64,000 nucleotides of DNA from an uncultured Dehalococcoidia bacterium. GTDB taxonomy: Bacteria > Chloroflexota > Dehalococcoidia > Lucifugimonadales > CATOSD01. Of this stretch, positions 1-13,003 are shown one piece after another. The position numbers were made by a program, and so were the translations under genes. The stretch lies in contig CATOSD010000001.1 of NCBI GenBank assembly GCA_951812395.1, positions 1,211,108 to 1,275,107 on the forward strand, in the 5' to 3' direction. Every line of letters starts with the position of its first letter. The stretch's first letter is position 1. The notes below the pieces were generated by a model that was not told where the DNA came from, did no database searches, and saw only the letters and a list, made by a program, of their open reading frames with translations.

Positions 1-58
1 ATAGAGCCAGGGGGCGCAGCGTGTACAGCCGCAGCCAAGACGGAAAGGAGAACCCGAC

Positions 59-370
59 ATGGCCGGATACATATACCTGGTCCAGATGGACATCCCCCCG
101 GAACTCGAAGACGACTTCAACCGCATCTACGACACCCAGCACGTGCCCAACATCCTCACCGTCCCCGGCGTTGGCTCGTGCACGCGCTACCGCGTGGAGT
201 CGGGGGACGTGGAGGGTGTGGCGCGATACGCCGCCGTCTACGAAATAGACTCGCCCGACCTGCCCACCACCGACGTGTGGAAGGCCGCGTCGGACAAGGG
301 CGACTGGATTACGCATATTCGTCCCCACGCAACCAACCGCACGCGCGTCGTGTACAAGCGCATTGCGTAG
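59..370 (+). CDS. small alpha+beta barrel protein (EthD/DUF4286-like), function unknown
   Basis: 103-aa ORF with AGGAG-type RBS (aaaggagaacccgacATG). The sequence YIYLVQMDIPPELEDDFNRIYDTQHVPNIL resembles the small stress/monooxygenase-like barrel families. Family assignment is from memory only. Confidence 0.5.
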   Translation: MAGYIYLVQMDIPPELEDDFNRIYDTQHVPNILTVPGVGSCTRYRVESGDVEGVARYAAVYEIDSPDLPTTDVWKAASDKGDWITHIRPHATNRTRVVYKRIA

Positions 371-442
371 TGGCCAGTTATCAGTTTTCGGCAATCAGCT
401 GTCAGGTCTGGGTGGCTACTAACCACTGACCACTGGCCACTA
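368..442 (+). other. structured intergenic inverted repeat (11-bp perfect arms tagtggccagt / actggccacta with nested stems)
   Basis: Arms at 368-378 and 432-442. Inner stems are gtcag/ctgac and gtgg/ccac. It overlaps the TAG stop of the upstream ORF and has no U-tract. Confidence 0.5.
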
Positions 443-460
443 TTCCCCAAGGAGAACATC

Positions 461-1318
461 ATGGATCTCACCAGCAGGCGCGAGCGCTTCAGAGAAATCC
501 TCGAGGGCGACGAGTGCGTGCACCCCGCGTCGGTGTTCGACCCCATATCGGCGCGCATAGCCGAAGACCTGGGCTTCGACGTGGGCATGTTCGCGGGCTC
601 GATCGGCGCGGCGACCGTCATCGGCGCGCCCGATCTGATCACGCTGACCCTGACCGAGTTCGCCCAGCAGGCGTACCGCATATGCCGCGCCGGCTCGATC
701 AGCCTGATGGTGGACGCCGACCACGGCTACGGCAACGCCCTGAACGTGAGGCGAACCGTGGAGGAGCTGGAGAGCGCCGGCATCGCCGCGCTCACGATCG
801 AGGACACGCTGCTGCCCCTGCCTTTCGGCGGCGAAGGCGGGCTGATCTCGCTCGAGGAGGGCGTGGGCAAGATGAGGGCCGCGCTGTCGGGGCGGCAGGA
901 CGCCAGCCTGGTGGTGGCGGGCCGCACCAGCGCGCTGCGCCTGGCGGACGTGAACGAGACGGTGCGCCGCGTCAGCGCGTACGAGCGGGCTGGCGTGGAC
1001 GCCATCTTCCTGGCGGGAGCGCAGACGCTGGAGGAACTGCGGGCCGTTCGCTCCGGCACGTCCCTGCCTCTACTCCTGGGTGGCACCACGCCGGAATTGT
1101 CGGACCGCTCTGTGCTCGCCGAAAACGGCGTGCGCGTGGCCCTGCAGGGGCATCTGCCGTTCCAGGCCGCAGTGAAGGCGGTGTACGAAACGCTGCGTGC
1201 GCTGCGGGAGGGCGCCGAGCCGGAGGCGCTGGCGGCGAGCGCGACGTCGCCGGAGTTGATGGCGAGCGCGACGCGGCAGGCCGACCACGACGGCTGGATC
1301 GAGGAGTTTTTGGGCTAA
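461..1318 (+). CDS. isocitrate lyase/PEP mutase superfamily enzyme (oxaloacetate decarboxylase / methylisocitrate lyase-like)
   Basis: 285 aa. N-terminal FRE.L......P.VFD..SARIAE..GF and the MVDADHGYGNALNV motif are typical of the PEP mutase/ICL family. Confidence 0.8.
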   Translation: MDLTSRRERFREILEGDECVHPASVFDPISARIAEDLGFDVGMFAGSIGAATVIGAPDLITLTLTEFAQQAYRICRAGSISLMVDADHGYGNALNVRRTVEELESAGIAALTIEDTLLPLPFGGEGGLISLEEGVGKMRAALSGRQDASLVVAGRTSALRLADVNETVRRVSAYERAGVDAIFLAGAQTLEELRAVRSGTSLPLLLGGTTPELSDRSVLAENGVRVALQGHLPFQAAVKAVYETLRALREGAEPEALAASATSPELMASATRQADHDGWIEEFLG

Positions 1319-1460
1319 GGCCGGCGGCCCGGCAGCCGGATTCACGTCGTGCCCGGTCGCGCGGCAGCGCGCTTTCCGACTCTGAACAGGGCCGTCTTCT
1401 ACAACCCTTTCGCCCCGGTTTACGGCTCTCTGCGGCACCCATTCCGGGTTCGGGCGGCAG

Positions 1461-1469
1461 CGAGTGGGT
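1461..1469 (+). promoter_or_regulatory. extended -10 promoter element TGCTATAAT upstream of prs
   Basis: tgcTATAAT lies about 155 nt upstream of the prs ATG. There is no clear -35. Confidence 0.4.
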
Positions 1470-1625
1470 ATGCTATAATGCGGCTGTAGCGGCGGGGTGG
1501 CTGCGGCCGCCAAGCGTCGTCCGCTCCGCCCGAGCAACCGCAAATTTCATACGCGGCGGCGCTGTTTTCGCCAGCCCAAAAGCGCGGGGCGCGTTCTGCT
1601 GTGCCCCTCTTTTCGAGGAAGTGAA

Positions 1626-2579
1626 ATGCCCGCGTTCGACGAACTGAAAGTGTTCACCGGAAAGGCTCACCCCAAGCTGGCACAGGACATCTGCTCTTAC
1701 CTGGGCATAGGCCTTGGTGTCTGCGAAGTGTTCAAGTTCAAGAACGACAACACCTTCGTGAGAGTCCGGGAGAACATCAGGGGCCGGGACGTCTTTCTGG
1801 TCCAACCGATAGCGGCGCCGGTCAACGACAACATCATGGAGCTGCTTATCATGATCGACGCCGCCAAGCGGGCGTCGGCCGAGCGCATTACCGCAGTGAT
1901 TCCCTACTACGCCTACGGGCGCAGCGACAAGAAGGACCAGCCGCGCGTGCCCATCACGGCCCGCCTGGTGGCCAACCTCATCGAGGTCGCCGGGGCCGAC
2001 AGGGTGCTAACGGTGGACTTTCACGCCGGCCAGATCCAGGGCTTCTTCAACATACCCGTGGACGAGCTTACCGCCATTCCCATGCTCTCGCGGCCCTTCG
2101 CAAGCCGGAACGGCGACAACCTGGTTGTCGCGGCGACCGACACGGGCGGCACGCGCAGGGCGCGGGACACGGCGAACATCCTGAACACGCCCATCGCGAT
2201 CGCCGAGAAGCAGCGGGTGGCGAACGCCGACAGCATCATGGAGTCGATCATCATAGGCGAGGTGAGCGACAGGGACGCCCTGGTGGTGGATGATGAGATA
2301 AGCACCGGCGGCACGATGGTTTCGACGATGAACGTGCTGCGGGAATTCGGCGCAAACGACATCTACTGCGCCGTAACGCACGGCGTGCTGTGCGGAGACG
2401 CGCCGGCGATCATGGCCGAGAGCGGCGCGAAGGAGTTCTTCGTCACCGACACCCTGCCGATACCCGAGTGCAAGAGGACAGACGCCATGCGGGTGATGTC
2501 GGTGGCGCCGCTGCTCGGCGAGGCCATTCACCGCATCCACAACGGCCTGTCCGTGGGCGCGCTGTTCGACGAGGTGTAG
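1626..2579 (+). CDS. prs: ribose-phosphate pyrophosphokinase
   Basis: The ORF is open from 1497, but the conserved N-terminus starts at ATG 1626 (MPAFDELKVFTGKAHPKLAQDI). It also has the motifs RSDKKDQPRVPITARLVA and DDEISTGGT. Confidence 0.93.
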   Translation: MPAFDELKVFTGKAHPKLAQDICSYLGIGLGVCEVFKFKNDNTFVRVRENIRGRDVFLVQPIAAPVNDNIMELLIMIDAAKRASAERITAVIPYYAYGRSDKKDQPRVPITARLVANLIEVAGADRVLTVDFHAGQIQGFFNIPVDELTAIPMLSRPFASRNGDNLVVAATDTGGTRRARDTANILNTPIAIAEKQRVANADSIMESIIIGEVSDRDALVVDDEISTGGTMVSTMNVLREFGANDIYCAVTHGVLCGDAPAIMAESGAKEFFVTDTLPIPECKRTDAMRVMSVAPLLGEAIHRIHNGLSVGALFDEV

Positions 2580-2612
2580 CCCCCGCGCGCCAGAGGAAAG
2601 AGACGGCGCATT

Positions 2613-5263
<2,651 letters not shown>

Positions 5264-5267
<4 letters not shown>

Positions 5268-7024
5268 ACAATCAGCGCATTGCGGAGGTGTTCGACGACA
5301 TAGCGGGCCTTCTGGAAATCAAGGGCGAGAAGGTATTCACCGTCCGCGCGTACCAGCGCGCCGCACGGACCATATCTCGGCTGCCCACCGAACTGGAGAC
5401 CATGCTCAGCGACGGCGAGGACCTACGACAGATTCCGGGAATCGGAAAGGCAATCTCCGACAAGATCGGCGAGCTTGTGGATACAAACCGCATGAGGTTC
5501 TACGACAACCTCAAGTCCGAGTTCCCCGACGGTATGCTGGACTTGCTGAGCGTTCCCGGACTGGGCCCGAAGACGATTTCCAGGGTATGGAAAGAGCTTG
5601 GCGTCACGTCGGTTGTAGAGCTGGAGCAGGCCGCGTCCGACGGACGGCTGGCGTCGTTGCCCCGGCTGGGCCAGAAGACGGCCGACAACATACTGCGCAG
5701 CATCCAGTTCGCCCGGACGCAGGACCAGCGCACGCCCATCGCCGACGCTCTGCCCGCCGCGGAGCGACTCGTCGCCGCGCTGCTCGAACGCAACACCGCC
5801 ATCCTGGCGCTTGCGCCCGCGGGCAGCCTGCGCCGGTTCGAGGAGACCATCGGCGACCTGGACCTGGTGTGCGCTACCCACGACGCGGAAAGCGTTCTGG
5901 CCGATTTCGTCGCGCTGCCTGGAGTGGCCGAGGTGCTCGGGCACGGCGGCACGAAGGCGTCCGTGCTGCTCGACGACGGGCTTCAGGTCGACTTCAGGGC
6001 TGTGCCGCCTCGGCAGTACGGCTCGCTGATCCAGTACTTCACCGGCTCCAAGCAGCACAACATCCTGCTCAGGGAGCACGCCAACCGGCTGGGTCTGTCC
6101 CTCAACGAGTACGGCATTTCCGATGCCAAGACGGGCGAGTTGGAGGAGTTCGACGACGAAGAGAGCTTGTACCGACGTCTAGGCCTTCAGTACGTGCCGC
6201 CGGAACTGCGTATGGGCGAATCCGAGGTGGTCCTGGCCCGTGAGGGCGCCATACCCGCGCTGGTGCAGGTGGGCGACCTGAGGGGCGACCTGCACGTCCA
6301 CACCGACTGGAGCGATGGGCGCGACCCGATCGAGGTCATGGTGGTGGCGGCCCGAGAGTGCGGCCACGAGTACGTTGCCATCACGGACCACTCGGCCGGA
6401 CTCGGCGTGGCGAACGGGCTGAGCCCAGGGCGGCTCGCCAGCCACAACGCGCGGCTGAAGGAGGTGGAGCGCGACGCGGGGGGCATCGCGGTGCTGCGCG
6501 GCTCCGAGGTGGACATTCGCGCCGACGGCAGCATGGACTATCCAGACTGCGCCCTGGCGGAGCTTGACTGGGTCGTCGCGTCCGTGCACTCGGCGATGAA
6601 CCAGCAGCCCGACGTGATGACCGAACGCATAGTGAGCGCGATTCGCAATCCCCACGTCACCGCCATCGGTCACCTGACCACGCGGCTCATCGGGCGCCGC
6701 CAGCCCATAGAGGCGGACTTTGACACGATATTCCGGGCGGCGGCGGACACAGGCACCGTGCTCGAGATCAACGCCTCGCTCGAGCGGCTCGACCTCAAGG
6801 ACGTGCACGTCCGCAGGGCTCGGGAGCTTGGCGTGACGTTCGTAATCGACAGCGACGCCCACACCGCCGAGCACCTGGACAACCTGAGATTCGGCGCCGC
6901 CGTGGCCCGACGCGGCTGGTGCCGGGCGGAAGACGTGCTCAACACGCTGCCCGCCTATGAACTGCTCGCCCTGCTGCGGCTGCCCAAGCCCGAGCGCGCC
7001 GGGGCGCTGAGGGCCCGTAGGTGA
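5264..7024 (+). CDS. polX: family X DNA polymerase with C-terminal PHP phosphoesterase domain
   Basis: ATG 5264 overlaps the secA stop (ATGA). The N-terminal HhH region is IPGIGKAISDKI and VPGLGPKT. The PHP domain has DLHVHTDWSDG and TDHS. Confidence 0.9.
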
Positions 7025-7719
7025 GCCAACAGGCGGTCCAGACTGTCGGATCGGAAGAAATCGCGGCGCGGTTGCGCCGCGCAGTGCTCGACGGAGAGGA
7101 CTGGCCCATAGCCGTGCTCGACGCCATGGCCGCCTGGACCGCGCCCGTGGAGCAGTTTCGGGGCGCGCGCCACACCTACTTCATCGCGGGCGAGGCGTTC
7201 GACTGGCTTACGCTGGCGCAGCGCCTGAGTGTCGAGCTGTCGGGCCTGGCGCCCGATGACGAGGTGGAGCGATTGTTATTCAGCGGCAGGCTGCCGGCGC
7301 GGATCGACGAGAGCGTGTTTCGCGACGTCCTGGGTGTCGAGAAGATCCGGGGCATTCTCAACTACTTCTACGGCGTAACGGTTGAAGAGGCGCTGCTGTA
7401 CGCAGTGGAGCGCGAAATCCAGAAGCGGCTGTTGAGCAACGGCGTCCAGTTTAACGGCGATCTGTCCGAGCGGGCGTTCCTGCGGCTGTATCGGCGCAGC
7501 GAGGCGGAGCTGCTATGGCTGTTCAGGGAAGAGATGGGCTATCCGCAGCGCACCTCGATCTCCTTCAGCCACTACAAGGAGTTCACCTACTGGCTGTTCA
7601 AGTATCGTGTCCGTAACTCGGACAAGGCCAAGACCGCCAGCGACACCCGCAAGGGACTCGAGCAGCTTGAAGAGATGACCGCCGCCCATCGCGTGGCGCG
7701 CTCGCTCGCGGTCCGCTAG
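7021..7719 (+). CDS. hypothetical protein translationally coupled to PolX
   Basis: 232-aa ORF starting at a GTG that overlaps the polX TGA (GTGA). I recognise no family. Confidence 0.6.
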   Translation: MSQQAVQTVGSEEIAARLRRAVLDGEDWPIAVLDAMAAWTAPVEQFRGARHTYFIAGEAFDWLTLAQRLSVELSGLAPDDEVERLLFSGRLPARIDESVFRDVLGVEKIRGILNYFYGVTVEEALLYAVEREIQKRLLSNGVQFNGDLSERAFLRLYRRSEAELLWLFREEMGYPQRTSISFSHYKEFTYWLFKYRVRNSDKAKTASDTRKGLEQLEEMTAAHRVARSLAVR

Positions 7720-7747
7720 GCCAGACGCTGCGAGTGTTGACGCTGGG

Positions 7748-7805
7748 GTGACCGTCCGCCACGCCACCCCCATCCTAACCTTCCCCCTGCGAGGGGGAAG
7801 GGACT
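7748..7805 (+). repeat. family-1 REP-like hairpin repeat (ccccatcctaaccttccccctgcgagggggaagg)
   Basis: Intergenic. Perfect hairpin ccttccccc-tgcga-gggggaagg preceded by the conserved catcctaacc flank. Confidence 0.85.
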
Positions 7806-7821
7806 TTGAAAGGGCCATGCT

Positions 7822-9876
7822 ATGCCTAATCGCCTGATCGACGAGACAAGCCCATACCTTCTTCAGCACGCTAACAACCCCGTCGACTGGTATCCATGGG
7901 GCCCGGAGGCGCTCGAACGGGCCAGTGCGGAAGACAAGCCCATTCTGCTCAGCGTCGGCTACTCGGCCTGCCACTGGTGCCACGTTATGGAGCGCGAGTC
8001 GTTCGAGGACCTTTCCATCGCCGCGATAATGAACCAGTCCTTCGTTTGCATCAAGGTGGACCGGGAGGAGAGGCCCGACATCGACTCAATCTTCATGACG
8101 GCGGTGCAGGCGCTCAGCGGCCAAGGCGGCTGGCCGATGACGGTGTTCCTCACGCCCGACTGCAAGCCATTCTACGGCGGCACCTACTTTCCGCCCGACG
8201 ACCGCCACGGAATGCCCGGCTTCCCCAGGGTGCTGGCCGCCATGGCAGCCGCATACCGCGAAAGACGCGGCGACGTGATTCGCGCCACCACGCAGCTAGT
8301 GAGCCGGATGCAACAGCTCACTCAGAGCGTGCGGAGCCTGGACCCGCTCACCGACGAGGTGTTACGTCAGGCCTATCTGGGCATCGCCGGTCAGGTGGAC
8401 GACCGCTTTGGCGGCGTGGGTACGCAGCCCAAGTTCCCGCAGCCGATGACATTCGAGTTTCTGCTGCGCCACCACATCCGCACGGGAGACCCGCAGTGCC
8501 TCGAGCTGGTGGAGCTGACCCTGGACAGCATGGCCCACGGCGGGATCTACGACCACGTCGGCGGCGGCTTCCATCGTTATTCCACGGACGCCTTCTGGCT
8601 GGTGCCTCACTTCGAGAAGATGCTCTATGACAACGCACTGCTCGCGAAGCTGTACCTGCACGCCTTCCAGGTGACTGGAAGCCCGCTCTATCGGCGCGTC
8701 GTCGAGGAGACGCTGGACTACGTGCTGCGAGAGATGAGCGGTCCGGAAGGCGGTTTCTACTCCGCACAGGACGCGGACAGCGAGGGCGTGGAAGGCAAGT
8801 TTTACGTGTGGACGCCCGAGGAGCTGATCGACGCACTGGGAGAGGACGACGCCCGACTGTTCGCCCGCTGCTACGGAGCCACTCCGGAAGGCAACTTCGA
8901 AGGAGCCAACATCCTGCATCTCGCCGTGAACCCCGCCGCAGTGGCGAGCCAGGCCGGCGTCAGCGAGGAGGCGTTCGACGAGTTCCTGCGTGGAGCGAAG
9001 ACGCGAGTCCTGGAGGTCCGCTCCGGGCGAGTGGCCCCCGAACTGGACAACAAGGTGCTCACGGCCTGGAACGGGCTCACGATGCGGGCGCTGGCCGAGG
9101 CCGCCGGCGTGCTGGGTCGCCCCGACTACGCGGAGGCCGCCGCGCGCAACGCCGACTTCGTGCTGCGCTCGCTGCGCCGGGACGGCCGGCTGTTGCGGAC
9201 CTACCGGCGCGACCCGGCGACCGGTGAGGTCCGGGCTAAACTAAACGGCTACCTGGAAGACTACTCGTTCCTGATAGACGGTCTGATCGCGCTGCATGAG
9301 GTCACCCTGGAGGAACGGTGGCTGACGGCGGCGATAGAGCTAGGTAACGACATGGTCGAGCTTTTCTGGGAGGAGGCGTCGGGCCAGTTTTACGACACAG
9401 GGACGGACCACGAGGAGCTTATAGTGAGACCCAGCGACTCGTCTGACAACGCCGCGCCGTGCGGCAACTCGATGGCGGCGGACGTGCTGCTGCGGCTGGC
9501 CGTCATCACGGGCGATGGCGACCTTGAGCGGCGGGCCGTGACCGCGCTGCGCTCCACCCGCGAGCTGATGGCCCGCTTCCCCTCTGCGGCCGGCCACTGG
9601 CTGTGCGCCCTGGACTTCTACCTGTCCACGCCCAAGGAAATTGCCATACTGGGCGGCGCCGAGGACGCCGACACGCGGGCGCTGCTTGCCCAGGTGTACG
9701 CCAGGGCCCTGCCCAACCGTGTGCTGGTGGGCGGCGCCGAGGACGCCGCTGACATCCCGCTGCTGCGTGACAGGCAGCGCATCGACGGACGCGCCACCGC
9801 CTACGTGTGCCGCAGCTACGTGTGCAACCTGCCGGTCAACGAGCCGGCGGTGCTGGCGAGGCAGCTAGCGGAGTAG
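7822..9876 (+). CDS. thioredoxin-domain protein, DUF255/YyaL family (N-acylglucosamine 2-epimerase-like C-terminus)
   Basis: 684 aa. Motifs: [46 protein letters not shown]. Confidence 0.9.
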   Translation: MPNRLIDETSPYLLQHANNPVDWYPWGPEALERASAEDKPILLSVGYSACHWCHVMERESFEDLSIAAIMNQSFVCIKVDREERPDIDSIFMTAVQALSGQGGWPMTVFLTPDCKPFYGGTYFPPDDRHGMPGFPRVLAAMAAAYRERRGDVIRATTQLVSRMQQLTQSVRSLDPLTDEVLRQAYLGIAGQVDDRFGGVGTQPKFPQPMTFEFLLRHHIRTGDPQCLELVELTLDSMAHGGIYDHVGGGFHRYSTDAFWLVPHFEKMLYDNALLAKLYLHAFQVTGSPLYRRVVEETLDYVLREMSGPEGGFYSAQDADSEGVEGKFYVWTPEELIDALGEDDARLFARCYGATPEGNFEGANILHLAVNPAAVASQAGVSEEAFDEFLRGAKTRVLEVRSGRVAPELDNKVLTAWNGLTMRALAEAAGVLGRPDYAEAAARNADFVLRSLRRDGRLLRTYRRDPATGEVRAKLNGYLEDYSFLIDGLIALHEVTLEERWLTAAIELGNDMVELFWEEASGQFYDTGTDHEELIVRPSDSSDNAAPCGNSMAADVLLRLAVITGDGDLERRAVTALRSTRELMARFPSAAGHWLCALDFYLSTPKEIAILGGAEDADTRALLAQVYARALPNRVLVGGAEDAADIPLLRDRQRIDGRATAYVCRSYVCNLPVNEPAVLARQLAE

Positions 9877-9951
9877 GACGAGGGCCGGCGTGATCCAATA
9901 CCTGGCAATTGGCAGTGCCCGATTCATGCGCCGGACCTGGAGCAAACAAAC

Positions 9952-10317
9952 ATGGCATCCGACACCCGCGTCGAGTATTGTAACGCTGCAGGCCGTGATT
10001 TCCTGCAGAGGGCGTGGGCGTATCTGGCCGATGGCGACCTGCTGCAGGCGTCAGAGAAGGGCTGGGGCGCCGCGGCCCAGATGGTAAAGGCCGCTGCAGG
10101 GACCCGCGGCTGGAGGCACCAGGATCACCGTAGCTTGTACGAGGCCGTAGATCGCCTTGCCAGAGGGACCGGAGACGCTAGCATTAGAACAGGATCTAGC
10201 GAGGCAGGAGCGCTGCATACCAACTTCTACGAGGGTTGGCTGCCCCTAGAGGCCGTCGAACACAGCCTGTCCCAGGTCGCCGAGCTGGTGGACAAACTGG
10301 CGGCGCTCAGGGGCTGA
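9952..10317 (+). CDS. four-helix PaREP1/HEPN-like protein
   Basis: 121 aa. The pattern FL.RA..YL..GDL.QASEKGWGAAAQ.VKA ... ALHTNFYEG resembles the PaREP1 family as I remember it. RBS is weak. Confidence 0.45.
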   Translation: MASDTRVEYCNAAGRDFLQRAWAYLADGDLLQASEKGWGAAAQMVKAAAGTRGWRHQDHRSLYEAVDRLARGTGDASIRTGSSEAGALHTNFYEGWLPLEAVEHSLSQVAELVDKLAALRG

Positions 10318-10536
10318 CTATTGGCCCATGTCGCCGACTTCGAGATACAACCCGGGCGGCAGTTCGCGCCCGCGTTCTTCGTACAGTTCGACCGCTGTGA
10401 TGAGAACGTGATTTGCGTTCTCCGGCACCGACTCAAACGAGTCTCCCTCCGCCACGAACTCCGGTAGCAACGTAGAAGTTACCGTGAACCCTTCTTCCGG
10501 TTGGGGTGAGAGCGTGGACGGAAGGCTGGCTATCAT
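10318..10536 (-). CDS. HicB-like (UPF0150) antitoxin-fold small protein
   Basis: The last 72 aa of a longer ORF, starting at ATG 10536. GFTVTSTLLPEFVAEGDSFESVPENANHVLITAVELYEERG matches the HicB/UPF0150 pattern (PdLPG..seGdT.EEA..na.eAi.l.le). Upstream the reading frame runs into a repeat element. Confidence 0.5.
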   Translation of the reverse strand: MIASLPSTLSPQPEEGFTVTSTLLPEFVAEGDSFESVPENANHVLITAVELYEERGRELPPGLYLEVGDMGQ

Positions 10537-10542
10537 TGGCGG

Positions 10543-10580
10543 GCACCCCCGTCCTAACCTTCCCCCTCGCAGGGGGAAGG
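10543..10580 (+). repeat. family-1 REP-like hairpin repeat
   Basis: cacccccgtcctaaccttccccctcgcagggggaagg, lying between the Mo-hydroxylase stop and the HicB-like start. Confidence 0.85.
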
Positions 10581-10595
10581 TGTTCTTGGTACTGG

Positions 10596-12851
10596 TTACT
10601 CCCCAGCCTCGGCGATCGCCTTGGACACGGCGCCAGGGTTCATCGGCAGGTTGGACATGCGGACGCCCGTCGCGTTGTGGACGGCGTTGGCTATTGCGGC
10701 CAGTGGCGGCACGATGTTGGCCTCGCCCACGCCACGCACTCCGTAGGGATGGCCGGGATTGAAGACTTCCACAATCACGCTCTCGATCATTGGCAGGTCG
10801 AGCGAGGTGGGCATCCGGTAGTCCAGCAGGCTGGAGTTCGCCATGGCGCCCTCGTCGTTCAGGTAGTACTCCTCGTTGATCGCCCATCCCACGCCCTGCG
10901 CGGTGCCGCCCTGGATCTGGCCCTCCACATAGCTTGGGTGAATCGCGAACCCCACGTCCTGGAACGCGGTAACTCGCAGAATGTCTATCTTTCCGGTGTC
11001 GGGGTCGACTTCGACGTCGATGATGTTTGCCGCGTAGGAGCCGCCTGACCCGCCCGGGTTCATGTTGGCGCGTCCGACCACGGGGCCGCCCGTCTGCGGC
11101 AGCACGCCAGCGACCTCCTCGAACGTCATGCTCAGCTCGGGGTCGGACGCGTGGCGCAGCGCGCCGTCCGCGTACTCCACCTGGTCGGGGGTCGTCTCCC
11201 AGAGTAGGGCTGCGCGCTCGATTAGCTGGCGCTTGACGTCGTTTGCGGCCTCGTAGGCTGCCCAGCCGGTCTTGAACGCTACGCCGCTGCCGCCGGTGTT
11301 GGACGTGTAGCCGATGGTGTCGGTGTCGGCGACCTGCGGGATCACGTTCTCGACCGGGATTCCGAGCACCTCGGCAAACTGCTGCGCCACCGCCGTGCGC
11401 GTGCCTCCGATGTCAACCGAGCCTTCGACCAGGCTGACGTTACCGTTCGAGAGTACGTTGGCCACCACGCAGGACATTCCGGTGTTGTTGCGGCAGAAGC
11501 CCATGCTGACGCCGCGCCCGCGGTTGGGGCCTTCGAGGGGCGTGTTGTAGTGCGGGTGGGCCTTGATGGCCTCCATAACCTCCTGGGCGCCGATGCGAAG
11601 GTTCATCACGCCGTCTGCACGGCGCGTGCCCTCTCTGGCCGCGTTCTGCAGGCGCAGGTCGACTGCGTCCATGCCCAGGCTTTCGGCCAACTCGTCCACG
11701 ACGCACTCGACAGCGAAGGCGACTATGGGCGCGCCGGGGGCGCGGTACGGCGACGTCTTCGGCTTGTTGTCGACCACGTCGTAGGAGTCTATCTGGACGT
11801 TTTCGATGTTGTAGGGCGCGAAGATGGCGGCGTTGGCGCCGGACAGCGGCGCGCCGGGATATGCGCCCGCCTCGAATGCGTAGTAGGCGTGCGCGGCCGT
11901 GATGCGGCCGTCGGTGGTTGCGCCGATCTTGATGCGCAGGTGCGCCCCTGAGGTGGGGCCGGTGGCCTCCATGACCTCGGCGCGGCTCATCGTAATCTTG
12001 ACGGGGTGGCCGCTCTTCTTCGAGAGCGTTGCCGCCACCGGCTCAAGGTAGGGGTTCAGCTTTCCTCCGAACCCGCCGCCAATCTCCATCGGAACTACTT
12101 TGATGTCTGAGACGGGTACGCCCAGCACCTTGGCGGTGCTGTCCCGAACGCCGAAGTGGCCCTGGCTGCTGCACCAGATCGTAAGCCTGTCGTTGGGTGC
12201 CCACCAGGCGGTGGCGTTCTGCGGCTCGATGTAACCCTGGTGGACGGTCTTGGTGCGGAACTCGCGCTCCAGCACCACGTCGGCCTGTGCGAAGCCGGCG
12301 TCCGGGTTACCGAACCTGTGCTGCTCGAAGCCCGCGATGTTGCGTCCCTCTGTGGAGTCGCCGCCGGGTGTGGGCCGATTCTCCCAGTGCTCGTGGAGAA
12401 CGGGCGCCCCTTCCCGCATAGCGTCCTCGACATTGGTGACCGCGGGCAGAGGCTCGTAATCGACGTCTATCAGCGCCAGCGCCTCTTCGGCGACGTGCGG
12501 GCTGCTCGCGGCCACGGCCGCCACAGGGTGGCCCTTGTAGAACACCTTGCCCTTGGCCAGGATGTTCTCGCTGATCGGTGAGCCGAGCACCGCCATCTGG
12601 GGCGTCGGGGGCGTGGGCGCCAGGTCTGCGGACGTAACCACCGCCAGGACTTCGGGGTGGGCCTCGGCTCTGCTGGTGTCTATGGACTTGATGCGGGCGT
12701 GGGAGTGCGGGCTGCGAAGCACCTTGCCGTGCAGCAGACCGGGCAGCCGCATGTCGGCGCCGTAGAGCGCCCTGCCCGTAACCTTGTCGACACCGTCGTG
12801 CCTGATGGGACGGGTGCCGACTACTTTATACTCTCTCGTTTCGGTGGCCAT
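10596..12851 (-). CDS. xanthine dehydrogenase/aldehyde oxidase/CoxL-family molybdopterin-binding large subunit
   Basis: 751 aa. N-terminal VVGTRPIRHDGVDKVTGRALYGADM and LHGKVLRSPHSHARIKSID. C-terminal GVGE...PP.AAIANAV. Confidence 0.9.
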   Translation of the reverse strand: MATETREYKVVGTRPIRHDGVDKVTGRALYGADMRLPGLLHGKVLRSPHSHARIKSIDTSRAEAHPEVLAVVTSADLAPTPPTPQMAVLGSPISENILAKGKVFYKGHPVAAVAASSPHVAEEALALIDVDYEPLPAVTNVEDAMREGAPVLHEHWENRPTPGGDSTEGRNIAGFEQHRFGNPDAGFAQADVVLEREFRTKTVHQGYIEPQNATAWWAPNDRLTIWCSSQGHFGVRDSTAKVLGVPVSDIKVVPMEIGGGFGGKLNPYLEPVAATLSKKSGHPVKITMSRAEVMEATGPTSGAHLRIKIGATTDGRITAAHAYYAFEAGAYPGAPLSGANAAIFAPYNIENVQIDSYDVVDNKPKTSPYRAPGAPIVAFAVECVVDELAESLGMDAVDLRLQNAAREGTRRADGVMNLRIGAQEVMEAIKAHPHYNTPLEGPNRGRGVSMGFCRNNTGMSCVVANVLSNGNVSLVEGSVDIGGTRTAVAQQFAEVLGIPVENVIPQVADTDTIGYTSNTGGSGVAFKTGWAAYEAANDVKRQLIERAALLWETTPDQVEYADGALRHASDPELSMTFEEVAGVLPQTGGPVVGRANMNPGGSGGSYAANIIDVEVDPDTGKIDILRVTAFQDVGFAIHPSYVEGQIQGGTAQGVGWAINEEYYLNDEGAMANSSLLDYRMPTSLDLPMIESVIVEVFNPGHPYGVRGVGEANIVPPLAAIANAVHNATGVRMSNLPMNPGAVSKAIAEAGE

Positions 12852-12945
12852 GTCTACTCCTTAGACGTGATGGATTCGTGGTCCGGGGCGGCGACGCGAG
12901 GCCGTTAAAGGCGCGTGGGCGCCGCGAAGCAATCTTATCATACCC

Positions 12946-13002
12946 GTCACCCCCATCCTAACGTTCCCCCTTCGAGGGGGATGGGGATTTAGGTGGGGAA
13001 GG
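12946..13002 (+). repeat. family-1 REP-like hairpin repeat (variant)
   Basis: gtcacccccatcctaacgttcccccttcgagggggatgggg, abutting the ggt stop codon. Confidence 0.8.
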
Positions 13003-13003
13003 C

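Noticed and set aside
10318-10887. Full 189-aa minus-strand ORF as a gene
   Set aside because: The upstream two-thirds overlap the 3' end of the Mo-hydroxylase gene and a REP-like repeat. Only the last 72 aa resemble a real (HicB-like) protein.
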